DNA of 55,310 nt from Anaerolineae bacterium. Its GTDB lineage: Bacteria; Chloroflexota; Anaerolineae; B4-G1; DUEL01. This document shows positions 10,204 to 19,091 of the stretch, piece after piece (the stretch's first letter is position 1; each line of letters starts with the position of its first letter). The DNA lies in assembly GCA_049972045.1 (NCBI GenBank), contig JBMFKS010000005.1:4202-59511 (forward strand). Reading direction: 5' to 3'. The position numbers and the translations under genes were made by a program. The notes beneath the pieces are model-generated. The model did no database searches. It was not told where the DNA came from and saw only the letters and a list, made by a program, of their open reading frames with translations.

Positions 10204-10234
10204 GGTGCCAGGCACTTTGAGAGTGCCTGGCACC
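10204..10234. repeat. REP-like palindrome GTGCCAGGCAC, copy 1
   Basis: GGTGCCAGGCACT-TTGAG-AGTGCCTGGCACC; second copy at 28927-28962. Confidence 0.8.
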
Positions 10235-10259
10235 TGTTGTTGATGAAACCTTGCTCCGG

Positions 10260-10305
10260 CGGCAGGGGGGCCGCCGTCAGCGATGGCGGTGGCCCCCTTT
10301 TGCCG
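10260..10305 (+). terminator. Long GC hairpin with a short U-run after acsB
   Basis: GGGGGCCGCCGTC-AGC-GATGGCGGTGGCCCCC-TTTT. Confidence 0.5.
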
Positions 10306-10399
10306 AAAGGGGAAGCACCACTTGGGGCCCGCCGAATCATCCTGCAGGATGGCCTTTCCAGGCCGATGGTGCTCACATTTGGGGGGTTTGAAAAATGTA

Positions 10400-10700
10400 G
10401 CGCAGACCGCCCCAGCGCCGCCCCGAGTGCCAGCGAGGGGCGTTGCGCCGAGCACCAGCGAGGAGGCCTGCTGCTCGTAGTGCGGCACGGAACGAAGTGA
10501 AGTGCCGCTTCCGGCGCCACTCCGCTGCGCCCTCGGGCCGAAGGGCCCTCGGCCCAAGGCCTCGGCGCGAGCGCCCTCGGCGCGTGGCGCTGCGTGGCTG
10601 ACTACGAGCGCACTCAACCTGTTCGTAGTGCGGCGCCGAGCACCAGCGAGGGGCTGCAGGCTAACCGCCTGCGCCACGGCTAACCGCCTGCCTCACGGAG
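10400..10700. repeat. Mosaic of direct and inverted repeats
   Basis: CCGAGYRCCAGCGAGG x3, TCGTAGTGCGGC x2, GCTAACCGCCTGC x2, several CCTCGG units, inverted GCTCGTAGT/ACTACGAGC. Confidence 0.65.
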
Positions 10701-10719
10701 AAGCTGGTGCCACCCTGGC

Positions 10720-10748
10720 TTGACATTCAGGTCAGGTAGGAGTATCTT
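10720..10748 (+). promoter_or_regulatory. Internal sigma70-like promoter upstream of acsD
   Basis: TTGACA-N17-TATCTT. Confidence 0.65.
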
Positions 10749-10794
10749 TTGGGCAGATATTTCTGAGTCTTCAGGCCACGCAAGGAGGTCCTAT

Positions 10795-11757
10795 ATGCCG
10801 GTAGAAATTCCTGTGGAACAATGGCCCGGTCGGGTCATAGAAGAGACCATCGGGGCCACTCCGGCGGAGGGGGGCACCCGCAGCCGGGTGGTGAAAGTCG
10901 GTGGTGAAAGCACACTCCCCTTTATGTTCTCCGACGGCGAGATACCCAATCCGCCCCGGATCGCCATTGAGATCCTGGATCAGCGGCCGAAGGATTGGTC
11001 CCCCCTACTGCTGGAAGCCTGGGGCGACGTGGTGGACGACCCAGCGCGGTGGGCGAAGGCCGCCGAGGAGGCCGGGGCCGACCTGGTCCTCCTCCAGTTG
11101 TCTCTCACCCGCGATGGCGGCAAGCCCACCACCGCCGCCGACGCGCGGGCGCTGACCCGCGCCGTCCTCCAGGCCACAGGGCTCCCCATCTTAGTCTTCG
11201 GCCCCGGCCAGGTGGACGCCGACAACGAACTGCTGGTGGCGGTAGCCGAAGAAGCGGCGGGCGAGCGCATCGTCCTGGGCATTTGCGAGGAGAAGAACTA
11301 CCGCACCATTGTCGCCGCCGCGCTGGCCAACGGCCACCTGGTCAACGGCCGGACCGCGATGGACGTCAACCTGGCCAAACAACTGAACATCCTCATCGCC
11401 GATATGGGCTTGCCGCTGGACCACATTATTATGGACCCAACGACGGCCAGCCTGGGGTACGGCATTGAGTACGGCTACTCGGTGATGGAGCGGTTGCGCC
11501 TGGCTGCCCTCCAGGGGGACAAGATGACCCAACTCCCCATGCTGGTCACTCCGGGTTTTGAGGCCTGGCGGCAGAAAGAGGCCAAAGTCGGCGAGGGCGT
11601 GCCCGCGTCTTGGGGCGACTGGCGCCAGCGGGCGATCCTCTGGGAGACCCTGACGGCGACCAACCTGATCCTCTCCGGCGCCGACATCGTCGTCCTGCGC
11701 CACCCGGAGACCGTGAAGCGGGTCCGGGCTTTCATTGAGCGGCTGATGGCGAAATAG
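10795..11757 (+). CDS. acsD: Corrinoid Fe-S protein small subunit
   Basis: IGATPAEGGTR, VGGESTLPF, DVNLAKQLN, MDPTTASLGYGIEY, MERLRLAALQGDKMTQLP; AAGGAGG RBS. Confidence 0.96.
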   Translation: MPVEIPVEQWPGRVIEETIGATPAEGGTRSRVVKVGGESTLPFMFSDGEIPNPPRIAIEILDQRPKDWSPLLLEAWGDVVDDPARWAKAAEEAGADLVLLQLSLTRDGGKPTTAADARALTRAVLQATGLPILVFGPGQVDADNELLVAVAEEAAGERIVLGICEEKNYRTIVAAALANGHLVNGRTAMDVNLAKQLNILIADMGLPLDHIIMDPTTASLGYGIEYGYSVMERLRLAALQGDKMTQLPMLVTPGFEAWRQKEAKVGEGVPASWGDWRQRAILWETLTATNLILSGADIVVLRHPETVKRVRAFIERLMAK

Positions 11758-11797
11758 CGCCGGAGGGATCCGGGATTGATCCGGCAAGGAGGCAGAT

Positions 11798-13147
11798 ATG
11801 GCACTCACGGGCTTGCAAATTTACAAGTTACTCCCGCAAACGAACTGCAAAGAATGCGGGTTCCCCACCTGCCTGGCCTTTGCGATGAAACTGGCGGCCA
11901 AGCAGGCTGAACTCTCCGCCTGTCCCTACGTCTCCGAGGAGGCGAAGGCCCAACTGGACGCCGCCGCTGCGCCGCCTATCCGTCTGGTCTCCGTGGAGGG
12001 GCCCGGACACAAGGTGGAGGTGGGCAACGAGACGGTCATCTTCCGCCACGAGAAGACTTTCTATCACCCGCCGGGCCTCTTCCTGCGGGTGAAGGACGCC
12101 TGGCCCGTGGAGCAGGTGAAGGGCACGGCGAAGGAGGCGATGGATTACACCGTCACCTACGTGGGGATGAACTTGCACCTGGACGGCGTGGCAGTGGAGG
12201 CCGCTTCCGGCAGCCCGGAGACCTTCGTGGCGGCGGTGAAGGCGGTGCGGGAGGTGACCGACCGTCCCCTCATTCTGATGGCCTCGGATCCGGCGGTCCT
12301 GAAGGCCGGGCTGGCCGCGGCCGACGGCACCCGCCCTCTCCTCTACGCCGCCACGGCGGAGAACTGGCAGGCGGTGGCGGAAGTCGCCAAAGCGGCTAAC
12401 GCCCCTGTCGCCGTCCGGGCCGATTCTCTGGATGGCCTGGCCGACCTGACCGAGAAGGTGAAAGGCGCCGGCATCCAGGACATCGTGCTGGACCCCGGCG
12501 TGCGCGATCCGGCCGGGACGCTGACCACGCTCACCCATCTGCGCCGCCTGGCGCTGAAGAAGAACTTCCGCCCGTTGGGCTTCCCCATCATCACCTTCCC
12601 CGGCGAGGGCGCGTCGGATATGATAGAGGAAGCGCAACTGGCGGCGGAGCACATTGCCAAGTACGCGGGCTTCATCATCCTGGACCGCTTCGCGCCGGAG
12701 ATGGTCTACGCGCTCCTGACCTGGCGGGTCAACGTCTACACCAACCCGCAGGAGCCCATCAAGGTCCAGCCGGGCATCTACGAGATCAACAACCCGACGG
12801 CCGACGCACCGGTGATGATCACCACCAACTTCTCCATCACCTACTTCTCCGTTGCCAATGAGGTGGACGGGAGCGGCATGCCGGGCTGGCTGCTGGTGGC
12901 GGACGCGGAGGGGATGAGCGTCCTCACCGCCTGGGCGGCGGGCAAGTTTGACGCCGAGAAGATCGCCAAGACGGTGAAAACCACCGGCATTGAGGAGAAG
13001 ATCAACCACCGCAAACTCATCATCCCTGGCGCAGTCGCTGTCCTGATGGGCGAGGTGGAGGAGGAACTGCCGGGCTGGCAGATTCTGGTGGGCCCGCGAG
13101 AGGCAGTGGACCTGCCCGGGTATCTGAAGTTGTGGAAGTCGTTCTGA
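11798..13147 (+). CDS. acsC: Corrinoid Fe-S protein large subunit
   Basis: LPQTNCKECGFPTCLAFA, FRHEKTF, TTNFSITYF, SVLTAWAAGKF, VGPREA. Confidence 0.97.
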   Translation: MALTGLQIYKLLPQTNCKECGFPTCLAFAMKLAAKQAELSACPYVSEEAKAQLDAAAAPPIRLVSVEGPGHKVEVGNETVIFRHEKTFYHPPGLFLRVKDAWPVEQVKGTAKEAMDYTVTYVGMNLHLDGVAVEAASGSPETFVAAVKAVREVTDRPLILMASDPAVLKAGLAAADGTRPLLYAATAENWQAVAEVAKAANAPVAVRADSLDGLADLTEKVKGAGIQDIVLDPGVRDPAGTLTTLTHLRRLALKKNFRPLGFPIITFPGEGASDMIEEAQLAAEHIAKYAGFIILDRFAPEMVYALLTWRVNVYTNPQEPIKVQPGIYEINNPTADAPVMITTNFSITYFSVANEVDGSGMPGWLLVADAEGMSVLTAWAAGKFDAEKIAKTVKTTGIEEKINHRKLIIPGAVAVLMGEVEEELPGWQILVGPREAVDLPGYLKLWKSF

Positions 13148-13156
13148 TGGAGAGAC

Positions 13157-13189
13157 GGGGGTTGCGGCGGCCCGGCCGCCGCAACCCTC
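13157..13189 (+). terminator. Hairpin after acsC (no U-tract)
   Basis: GGGGGTTGCGGCGGC-CCG-GCCGCCGCAACCCTC. Confidence 0.45.
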
Positions 13190-13284
13190 ATCTCCCCGAC
13201 CGTGATACCACGCCTGGGCCTTCGCGAAATCCTGGCCTTTGACCGCCATTTTGAGCCGATGCCGGGGGTGATTCGCTTGCCGTT
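13190..13284 (+). pseudogene. C-terminal remnant of a PIN/VapC gene
   Basis: Manual translation ISPTVIPRLGLREILAFDRHFEPMPGVIRLP resembles VapC C-termini; no start or N-terminal part. Confidence 0.6.
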
Positions 13285-13716
13285 GTGGGGAGCGGAGGAG
13301 CGGAGGAGCAGGGGAGCGGAGGGGTAAGGATAATTCAGGGGCATCGGGAATTGGAAGTGTATCGGCTGGCGTTTGATGCCGCGATGCGAATTTTCGCCGT
13401 CCCAAAGGTTTTTCCGCGGGAGGAGACCTACTCTCTGGTGGATCAGATTCGTCGGTCGTCCCGGTCCGTCTGTGCGAATATCGCGGAGGCATGGCGGAAG
13501 CGCCGGTACCAGGCGGCCTTCATCAGTAAGCTGAGCGATGCGGAAGCGGAGGCGGCCGAAACACAGGTTGGGCTCCCGTTCTTCGTGGAATGTGGCTATC
13601 TGGCGCAGGAGGTCGGCCAGGAGTTGCATCGGGTCTACGACGATGTTATCGGCAAACTGGTCAATATGATCGCCCATCCCGCCCCGTGGCTGCTGTTCAG
13701 GAGGAGCACCCGATGA
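13285..13716 (+). CDS. Four-helix-bundle protein (23S rRNA IVP / TIGR02436-like); start uncertain
   Basis: HRELEVYRLAF...FPREETYSLVDQIRRSSRSVCANIAEAW...FISKL...EAAETQV. Confidence 0.9.
   Translation: MGSGGAEEQGSGGVRIIQGHRELEVYRLAFDAAMRIFAVPKVFPREETYSLVDQIRRSSRSVCANIAEAWRKRRYQAAFISKLSDAEAEAAETQVGLPFFVECGYLAQEVGQELHRVYDDVIGKLVNMIAHPAPWLLFRRSTR
13287..13325. repeat. 8-mer array (GGAGCRGR), left flank of the four-helix-bundle gene
   Basis: GGGAGCGGAGGAGCGGAGGAGCAGGGGAGCGGAGGGG; roughly complementary to 13721-13760. Confidence 0.7.
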
Positions 13717-15662
13717 GGCTCACCTCTGTCCCCGCGCACCCCGGCACCTCTGCCCCCGCAGTCGCTGTCGTCTTCCGTCCTGCCGAGAAACGGGTAGAGG
13801 TTCCGCCGGGCACCCTGCTCAGCGAGGCGGCCCGCCAAGCCGGGGTGGACATCCTGATGCCCTGCGGCGGGCAGGGGCGCTGCGGCCGCTGCGCGATAGT
13901 GGTGGAATCCGGCTCCGTCCGCCGCCGCTCCACCCAGCGCCTCACGCCGGACGACATCGCCGCCGGGTACGCGCTGGCCTGCCAGACCGTGGTGGAGAGC
14001 GACGTCGTCGTCTTCGTCCCGCCCCAGGAGCGGATTGAGCGCCGTATCCAAGAGACCAAGCGCGCGGCAAAGATAGAACTCCCGTTCCCCTACGACCGCC
14101 ACGACCAGCCGCTGCGCAAGTTCGCCGTCACCCTGGAACCCCCCTCCCTGGCCGACCAGACCGACGACTGGTCCCGGCTCCAGCGGGAGATGGCCCGCCG
14201 CTACGGGATCCGGGACCTCCAGGCATCGCTCCCTGTCCTGCGGAAACTCCCCCGCGCCCTGCGAGAGGGAAACTGGACGGTCACCACGGTGGTGGAAATG
14301 GATGCGTGGGACCGTCCGGAGGGGCCGCCACGGCTGATAGACGTCCTGCCGGGAGAGCATCTGGAGAGCCTCTGGGCCGTGGCCATTGACATCGGCACCA
14401 CCAGCAACGTCGTCTGGTTGGTGGACCTGATGCAGGGGCGGGTGATGGCCCAGGCCGCCGACTACAACGGTCAGATCGCCCGTGGGGAGGACGTCATCTC
14501 CCGCATCATCTACGCCTCTAAGGGGAACGGCCTGCAGGAACTCCAGGAACTGGTGATGAGCACGCTGAACCGGCTCATCGCCCAGGTGGCTGCGGAGCAG
14601 AACATCCGCCCGGACGAAATCTACAAGGCGACCGTTGCCGGCAACACCACGATGATCCACCTCTTCGCAGGCATCCCGCCGGAGTCCATTCGGCTGATGC
14701 CCTTCATCCCGGTGGTCAACCACGTGCCCACCTTCCCCGCCCGGGAGGTCGGCCTGGGGATCCACCCGGAGGGGACGGTGGACTGTCTGCCCGGCATCGC
14801 CTCCTACGTGGGCGCGGACATCACCGCCGGGGTGCTCAGTTCCGGCCTCTGCGACTCGGACGAATTGACGCTCTTCATAGACGTGGGCACCAACGGGGAG
14901 ATGGTGCTGGGGGATTGCTCCTGGCTGATCTCCTGCGCCTGCTCCGCCGGTCCGGCCTTTGAGGGCGCAGGGGTCGTCCACGGGATGCGCGCGACCGCGG
15001 GGGCGATTGAGGAGGTCTGGATCCACCCCCAGACCTACGAGGCGGCCTACAAGGTCATCGGCGACGAGCGGCCCCGGGGCATCTGCGGCTCCGGCCTGAT
15101 CACGCTCCTGGCGGAGATGTTCGTCAACGGGGTGGTGGATAAAAGCGGGAACATCAACCTGGACCTGCCCACGAAGCGGGTGCGGCGGGGGGAGCACGGG
15201 CCGGAGTACGTCGTCGCCTGGGCGGATGAGACGGCGACGGGCCGCGATATCGTCATCACCGCGGTGGACATAGACAACCTGATGCGGGCCAAGGCGGCCA
15301 TTTACGCCGGATTCTCCGTCCTGGCCCGAAGCGTTGGCCTGAGCCTGCAGGATGTTCAGCGGGTGCTCATCGGCGGCGCGTTCGGCCAGTACATCAACGT
15401 GGAGAAGGCCATTCAGATCGGCATGCTCCCGGACATGCCCTACGATCGCTTCCATTTCCTGGGCAACACCTCAGTGCGGGGGGCGTACTATGCGCTGGCT
15501 TCCCGCGAGATGCGCCGCCGAGTGACCGAGGTAGGCCGGATGATGACCTACCTGGAACTCTCGGCCGACAATACGTTCTTTGACGAGTTCAACGCGGCCC
15601 TCTTCCTGCCGCACACCGACCTGAGCCAGTTCCCGTCGGTGGCGGCGCTGGTGGAGGAATAA
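13713..15662 (+). CDS. acsV: ASKHA-type reductive activator of corrinoid protein (RACo/AcsV)
   Basis: 2Fe-2S motif CGGQGRCGRC...LACQ; AIDIGTT, GEDVISRI, FIDVGTNGE, CSAGPAFEG, GICGSG; ATGA overlap with the upstream gene. Confidence 0.93.
   Translation: MRLTSVPAHPGTSAPAVAVVFRPAEKRVEVPPGTLLSEAARQAGVDILMPCGGQGRCGRCAIVVESGSVRRRSTQRLTPDDIAAGYALACQTVVESDVVVFVPPQERIERRIQETKRAAKIELPFPYDRHDQPLRKFAVTLEPPSLADQTDDWSRLQREMARRYGIRDLQASLPVLRKLPRALREGNWTVTTVVEMDAWDRPEGPPRLIDVLPGEHLESLWAVAIDIGTTSNVVWLVDLMQGRVMAQAADYNGQIARGEDVISRIIYASKGNGLQELQELVMSTLNRLIAQVAAEQNIRPDEIYKATVAGNTTMIHLFAGIPPESIRLMPFIPVVNHVPTFPAREVGLGIHPEGTVDCLPGIASYVGADITAGVLSSGLCDSDELTLFIDVGTNGEMVLGDCSWLISCACSAGPAFEGAGVVHGMRATAGAIEEVWIHPQTYEAAYKVIGDERPRGICGSGLITLLAEMFVNGVVDKSGNINLDLPTKRVRRGEHGPEYVVAWADETATGRDIVITAVDIDNLMRAKAAIYAGFSVLARSVGLSLQDVQRVLIGGAFGQYINVEKAIQIGMLPDMPYDRFHFLGNTSVRGAYYALASREMRRRVTEVGRMMTYLELSADNTFFDEFNAALFLPHTDLSQFPSVAALVEE
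13721..13760. repeat. 8-mer array (CACCTCTG type), right flank, inside the start of acsV
   Basis: CACCTCTG TCCCCGCG CACCCCGG CACCTCTG CCCCCGCA. Confidence 0.6.
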
Positions 15663-15666
15663 TTCG

Positions 15667-16068
15667 GTGGACGTTGAACGGGTTGTCCAGTACTGGTTGA
15701 CAACTGCTGCCGACGATTGGACAGCCGCAGAGCACCTGTTGCAGAGCGGGGATTACCCCCACGCGCTGTTCTTTGCTCATCTCTATCTAGAAAAACTGCT
15801 GAAAGCGCTGATTGTTCGTTCTACCGGCGCGCATGCGCCGATCAGCCATCAACTGCGTTATCTGGCAGAGAAAGCAGGCCTGGAATTAAGTTCGGAACAG
15901 GAAGCGTTTCTGATACGGGTGACCGAATATGCTGTCCGGACCCGGTATCCGGATATGGCGTTACAGTTCAAGCGGCAGTGCACACGGGAGTTTTGTGCTG
16001 GGGAAATGGAGCAGGTCAGGGAGTTTGGGCGATGGATAGAGCAGAAGATCAGGTCCTGGAAATCGTAG
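15667..16068 (+). CDS. HEPN domain protein
   Basis: WLTTAADDW, ALFFAHLYLEKLLKAL, HQLRYLA, TRYPD. Confidence 0.88.
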   Translation: MDVERVVQYWLTTAADDWTAAEHLLQSGDYPHALFFAHLYLEKLLKALIVRSTGAHAPISHQLRYLAEKAGLELSSEQEAFLIRVTEYAVRTRYPDMALQFKRQCTREFCAGEMEQVREFGRWIEQKIRSWKS

Positions 16069-16349
16069 AGCATTTTCTGCGGGAGTTAGAGAAGGCGGGG
16101 ATCCGGCTGACAGCGGCCTATTTGTACGGGTCGTACGCCGGTGGTTCTGCACGCCCGGATAGCGATATAGACGTGGCGCTTGTTTCCGAAGATTTTACCG
16201 GTGACTGGCTGGAGGACCACCGGAGGATCCTTTCAGCCCTGCTACAGAGCGATTCGCGAATAGAACCGGTGCGCTTCCGCCCTGAGGAGTTCTGTAATGA
16301 GCACCCGCTGGCCTGGGAGATTCGGACGAAGGGGCGAAGATTGCGGTAA
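16032..16349 (+). CDS. Minimal nucleotidyltransferase (MNT)
   Basis: YLYGSYAGGSARPDSDIDVALVS; start reassigned to ATG 16032. Confidence 0.88.
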   Translation: MDRAEDQVLEIVEHFLRELEKAGIRLTAAYLYGSYAGGSARPDSDIDVALVSEDFTGDWLEDHRRILSALLQSDSRIEPVRFRPEEFCNEHPLAWEIRTKGRRLR

Positions 16350-16359
16350 GGAGGAATCG

Positions 16360-17145
16360 TTGACCGTTACCATCGCGCTGGCTGGAAAAGGAGGTACCGG
16401 AAAGACCACCGTCGCGGCCTGCCTCATCCGCTACTTGCTGGAGGAGCGGGGGGGCTCCGTGCTGGCCATTGACGCCGACCCGGCGATGAACCTGCCGCTG
16501 GTCCTGGGCATGGAGGTGGAGACCACCGTCGGCGACATCCGCGAGGATATGCTGGACCTGGTCCAGTCCAGCGGGGCGCTGGCGGGCTCCATGCCCGGCG
16601 GGATGAGCAAGCAGGACTACCTGGACTATCAGGTGAAGATGGCCCTGGTGGAGGGGGAGGAGGTGGACTTGCTGGCGATGGGGCGTCCGGAGGGGCCGGG
16701 CTGCTACTGCGCGGCCAACCAGATGCTCCGGCTCATCGTGGACCGGCTGAGTGCCAATTACGACTACGTGGTCATTGACAACGAGGCTGGGATGGAGCAC
16801 CTCAGCCGCCGCACCACCCGTGACGTGGACGTCCTTCTCCTGGTGACCGACCCGACCCAGCGGGGCGTCGCCGCCGCCAAAGAGATGGCGCGGATGGTCC
16901 CCGGGCTGGATATCCGGGTGGGGCGGGTCTATCTGGTGGTGAACCGGGTGCGGGACGGACTTCCGCCGCCGCTGGCGGAGGCCGTCGCCCGGACCGGCCT
17001 GGAACTGATCGGGACGGTGCCGGAGGACCCCGCGATGGCAGAGTTTGAGGTCAGCGGCCGCCCGCTGATCCAGTTGCCGTCGGAGACGGCGGTCTACCGG
17101 GCGGTACGGGAGATCGCGCGGAAGGTGCTGGGAGGGAAGGAATGA
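16360..17145 (+). CDS. cooC: CODH/ACS nickel-insertion ATPase (CooC/AcsF)
   Basis: GKGGTGKTT, IDADP, GPGCYC, DNEAGMEHLSR; TTG start after AAGGAGG. Confidence 0.95.
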   Translation: MTVTIALAGKGGTGKTTVAACLIRYLLEERGGSVLAIDADPAMNLPLVLGMEVETTVGDIREDMLDLVQSSGALAGSMPGGMSKQDYLDYQVKMALVEGEEVDLLAMGRPEGPGCYCAANQMLRLIVDRLSANYDYVVIDNEAGMEHLSRRTTRDVDVLLLVTDPTQRGVAAAKEMARMVPGLDIRVGRVYLVVNRVRDGLPPPLAEAVARTGLELIGTVPEDPAMAEFEVSGRPLIQLPSETAVYRAVREIARKVLGGKE

Positions 17146-17354
17146 GCACGCGGTTTTTTACGGCGATCATTCGTAGAGAGGAAGACCTCTATGTGGCGGA
17201 ATGTCCGGAGGTAGGTACGGTCAGTCAGGGATACACCATTGAGGAGGCTATTGCGAACTTAAGGGAAGCAACCGAGTTGTATCTGGAGGAGTTTCCCTTG
17301 CCGGAGGCAGGTCGTCCCTTTTGGACCACTTTTGAGGTAGCCGTTCATGCCTAA
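17142..17354 (+). CDS. hicB: HicB-family antitoxin
   Basis: YVAECPEVGTVSQGYTIEEAIANLREATELYLE. Confidence 0.9.
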   Translation: MSTRFFTAIIRREEDLYVAECPEVGTVSQGYTIEEAIANLREATELYLEEFPLPEAGRPFWTTFEVAVHA

Positions 17355-17580
17355 ACTACGGCGGGTATCTGGTTGGGACGCCGTCCGCGCTCTGGAGCGA
17401 CTGGGGTTTGTGCAGGTGCGCCAGCGGGGTAGCCATGTGGTCTTGAAAAAGCACATTCCGGAGGGGGCGGTCGGATGTGTTGTGCCCCTCCATCGGGAAC
17501 TGGCCATCGGGACTCTGCGAGGTATTCTGAGACAGGCCAGAATTACCCCGGAGGAGTTCCTTGCGAGTCTGGAGGGTTAG
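17347..17580 (+). CDS. hicA: HicA-family toxin
   Basis: LERLGFVQVRQRGSH...VPLHRELAIGTLRGILRQA. Confidence 0.9.
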   Translation: MPKLRRVSGWDAVRALERLGFVQVRQRGSHVVLKKHIPEGAVGCVVPLHRELAIGTLRGILRQARITPEEFLASLEG

Positions 17581-17610
17581 AAATCTCTCACGTGCTTCAG
17601 GGAGGTAGAC

Positions 17611-18534
17611 ATGTACATTATCGCCGAGAATGTTCACATTATCTCGCCAAAAGTCAAGGAGGCCATCGCCAACCGGGACGCAAAGTTCTTCCAGGACCTG
17701 GCCGTCCGGCTGGTGGATGCCGGGGCGAGCGCGATTGACCTGAACATCGGCCCCCAGAAGAAGGCCGGGCACGAGATTTTGCCCTGGCTGGCAGAGGCGG
17801 TGCAGCAGGTGGTGGACGTCCCCCTCTGCTTTGACACCACCAATCTGGCGGCTATTGAGGCGGCCTGCGAGGTGGTGACCAAAGCCCAGCCCATCATCAA
17901 TTCCACCTCGGCGGCGCCGGAGCGGCTGGAGAAGGTCCCCCTGGTCGCCAAGAAATACAACACCCGGCTCATCGCCCTTACGATGGGGGAGGGGATGATC
18001 CCGGTCAAGGCGGAGGAGCGGGTCAACATCGCCCTGGAGACTATCATCCCCCGCATGCTGGAGATTGACTTTCCCATCAGCGACCTCATCTTTGATCCGC
18101 TGGTGCTGACTGTCTCCGGCTGTCAGGAGTATTGCCCGGAGTTCATGGACGCAGTGCGGATGCTCAAGTACGCGTGGGACCCGCCGCCGTTGACCAACGG
18201 GGGACTTTCCAACGTCTCCAACCAGGTCCCGTCCGAACTGCGCCCCCTCCTCAACCGCACCTATATGGTGATGATTATGGGTGCAGGGATTGACATGGTC
18301 ATTGCCGACCCCCTGGACCGGCAACTAATGGAGTGGATCCGCATCGTGGAGCAGCGGGACGACTCCACGCCGGTGGGCCGCCTGCTGCTGAGAATTCACG
18401 ACCGCATCGCGGCCGGGGAGGAGCCCCAGCCCGAAGACGTGGACTTCTCCGATCCGGAGCAGGTGGACATCTGGAAGACGGTCCAGGTGCTGCTGAACAA
18501 GGTCATTTTCACGCCGTCGTATCTGAAGCTCTGA
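17611..18534 (+). CDS. acsE: Methyl-THF:corrinoid Fe-S protein methyltransferase
   Basis: Pterin-binding barrel motifs IIAEN, IDLNIG, FDTTN, INSTS, FDPLV, GLSNVS; acs gene context. Confidence 0.92.
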   Translation: MYIIAENVHIISPKVKEAIANRDAKFFQDLAVRLVDAGASAIDLNIGPQKKAGHEILPWLAEAVQQVVDVPLCFDTTNLAAIEAACEVVTKAQPIINSTSAAPERLEKVPLVAKKYNTRLIALTMGEGMIPVKAEERVNIALETIIPRMLEIDFPISDLIFDPLVLTVSGCQEYCPEFMDAVRMLKYAWDPPPLTNGGLSNVSNQVPSELRPLLNRTYMVMIMGAGIDMVIADPLDRQLMEWIRIVEQRDDSTPVGRLLLRIHDRIAAGEEPQPEDVDFSDPEQVDIWKTVQVLLNKVIFTPSYLKL

Positions 18535-18602
18535 ACGTGATTTGTGATTAGAGCGGCGCGGGGGAGCGGGCCGGATGGACTACTGAGGAATGGGAGGCCC
18601 AG

Positions 18603-19026
18603 GTGCCGGAGGAAATTCGCCGGGATCCCCTCTGGCAGATGGAGGCGTATCGGCTGGCCCTGTATTTCTATGACCTAGTGGTTAGTCAACTTATGGGTCC
18701 GAATTGCCGACGCGGCCAGAGGCCCATGCAGGCCCCAAGTAGGGCAACTGCGAGCAGTTGCCCTACGGGGTTGGGCGATTGCCGAGCAGTTGATCCGCAG
18801 CGCGGGTTCTATCGCGGCGAACATTAAAGAGGGCTACGGTCGGGGTCTGGGCCGACAGTTTGCTCAATTCCTGGGCTATTCCCTCGGTTCCACCCGGGAG
18901 AGCCGTGGCTGGTATGATCGGGGTCGCAGACTTCTGGACCTGGAGACCATCCGTCACCGCTATCGCATCCTGACCCAGATCATCCGCCTCCTGACGGTCG
19001 CCGTTCGCCAGCAGCGCAATCCCTAA
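18603..19026 (+). pseudogene. Four-helix-bundle gene disrupted by a MITE fragment
   Basis: N-part DPLWQMEAYRLALYFYDL and C-part RGWAIAEQLIRSAGSIAANIKEGYGR..SLGSTRES lie in different frames, separated by 18675-18766. Confidence 0.85.
18675..18766 (+). mobile_element. Partial MITE copy
   Basis: CTAG|TGGTTAGTCAA...GGCCCATGCAGGCC...GTAGGGCAACTGCGAGCAGTTGCCCTAC. Confidence 0.85.
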
Positions 19027-19074
19027 TCCCTAATCCCTAATCCCTAATCCTAATCCCTAATCCCTAATCCCTAA
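19018..19074. repeat. Tandem heptamer (AATCCCT)x8, one unit 6 nt
   Basis: Read directly; contains the stop codon of the four-helix gene. A weak complementary remnant GTGATTTGTGATTAGAG lies at 18537-18553. Confidence 0.95.
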
Positions 19075-19091
19075 AATCTTCGGAGGGAACT

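Noticed and set aside
10240-10790. Cobalamin or THF riboswitch upstream of acsD
   Set aside because: I could not find the B12-box or THF consensus elements, and the structured part lies upstream of the predicted promoter. An Infernal search would settle it.
19018-19074. Telomere-like CCCTAAT repeat suggesting eukaryotic DNA or a contig end
   Set aside because: It is internal, continuous with bacterial genes, and fits the 7-mer arrays that flank four-helix genes.
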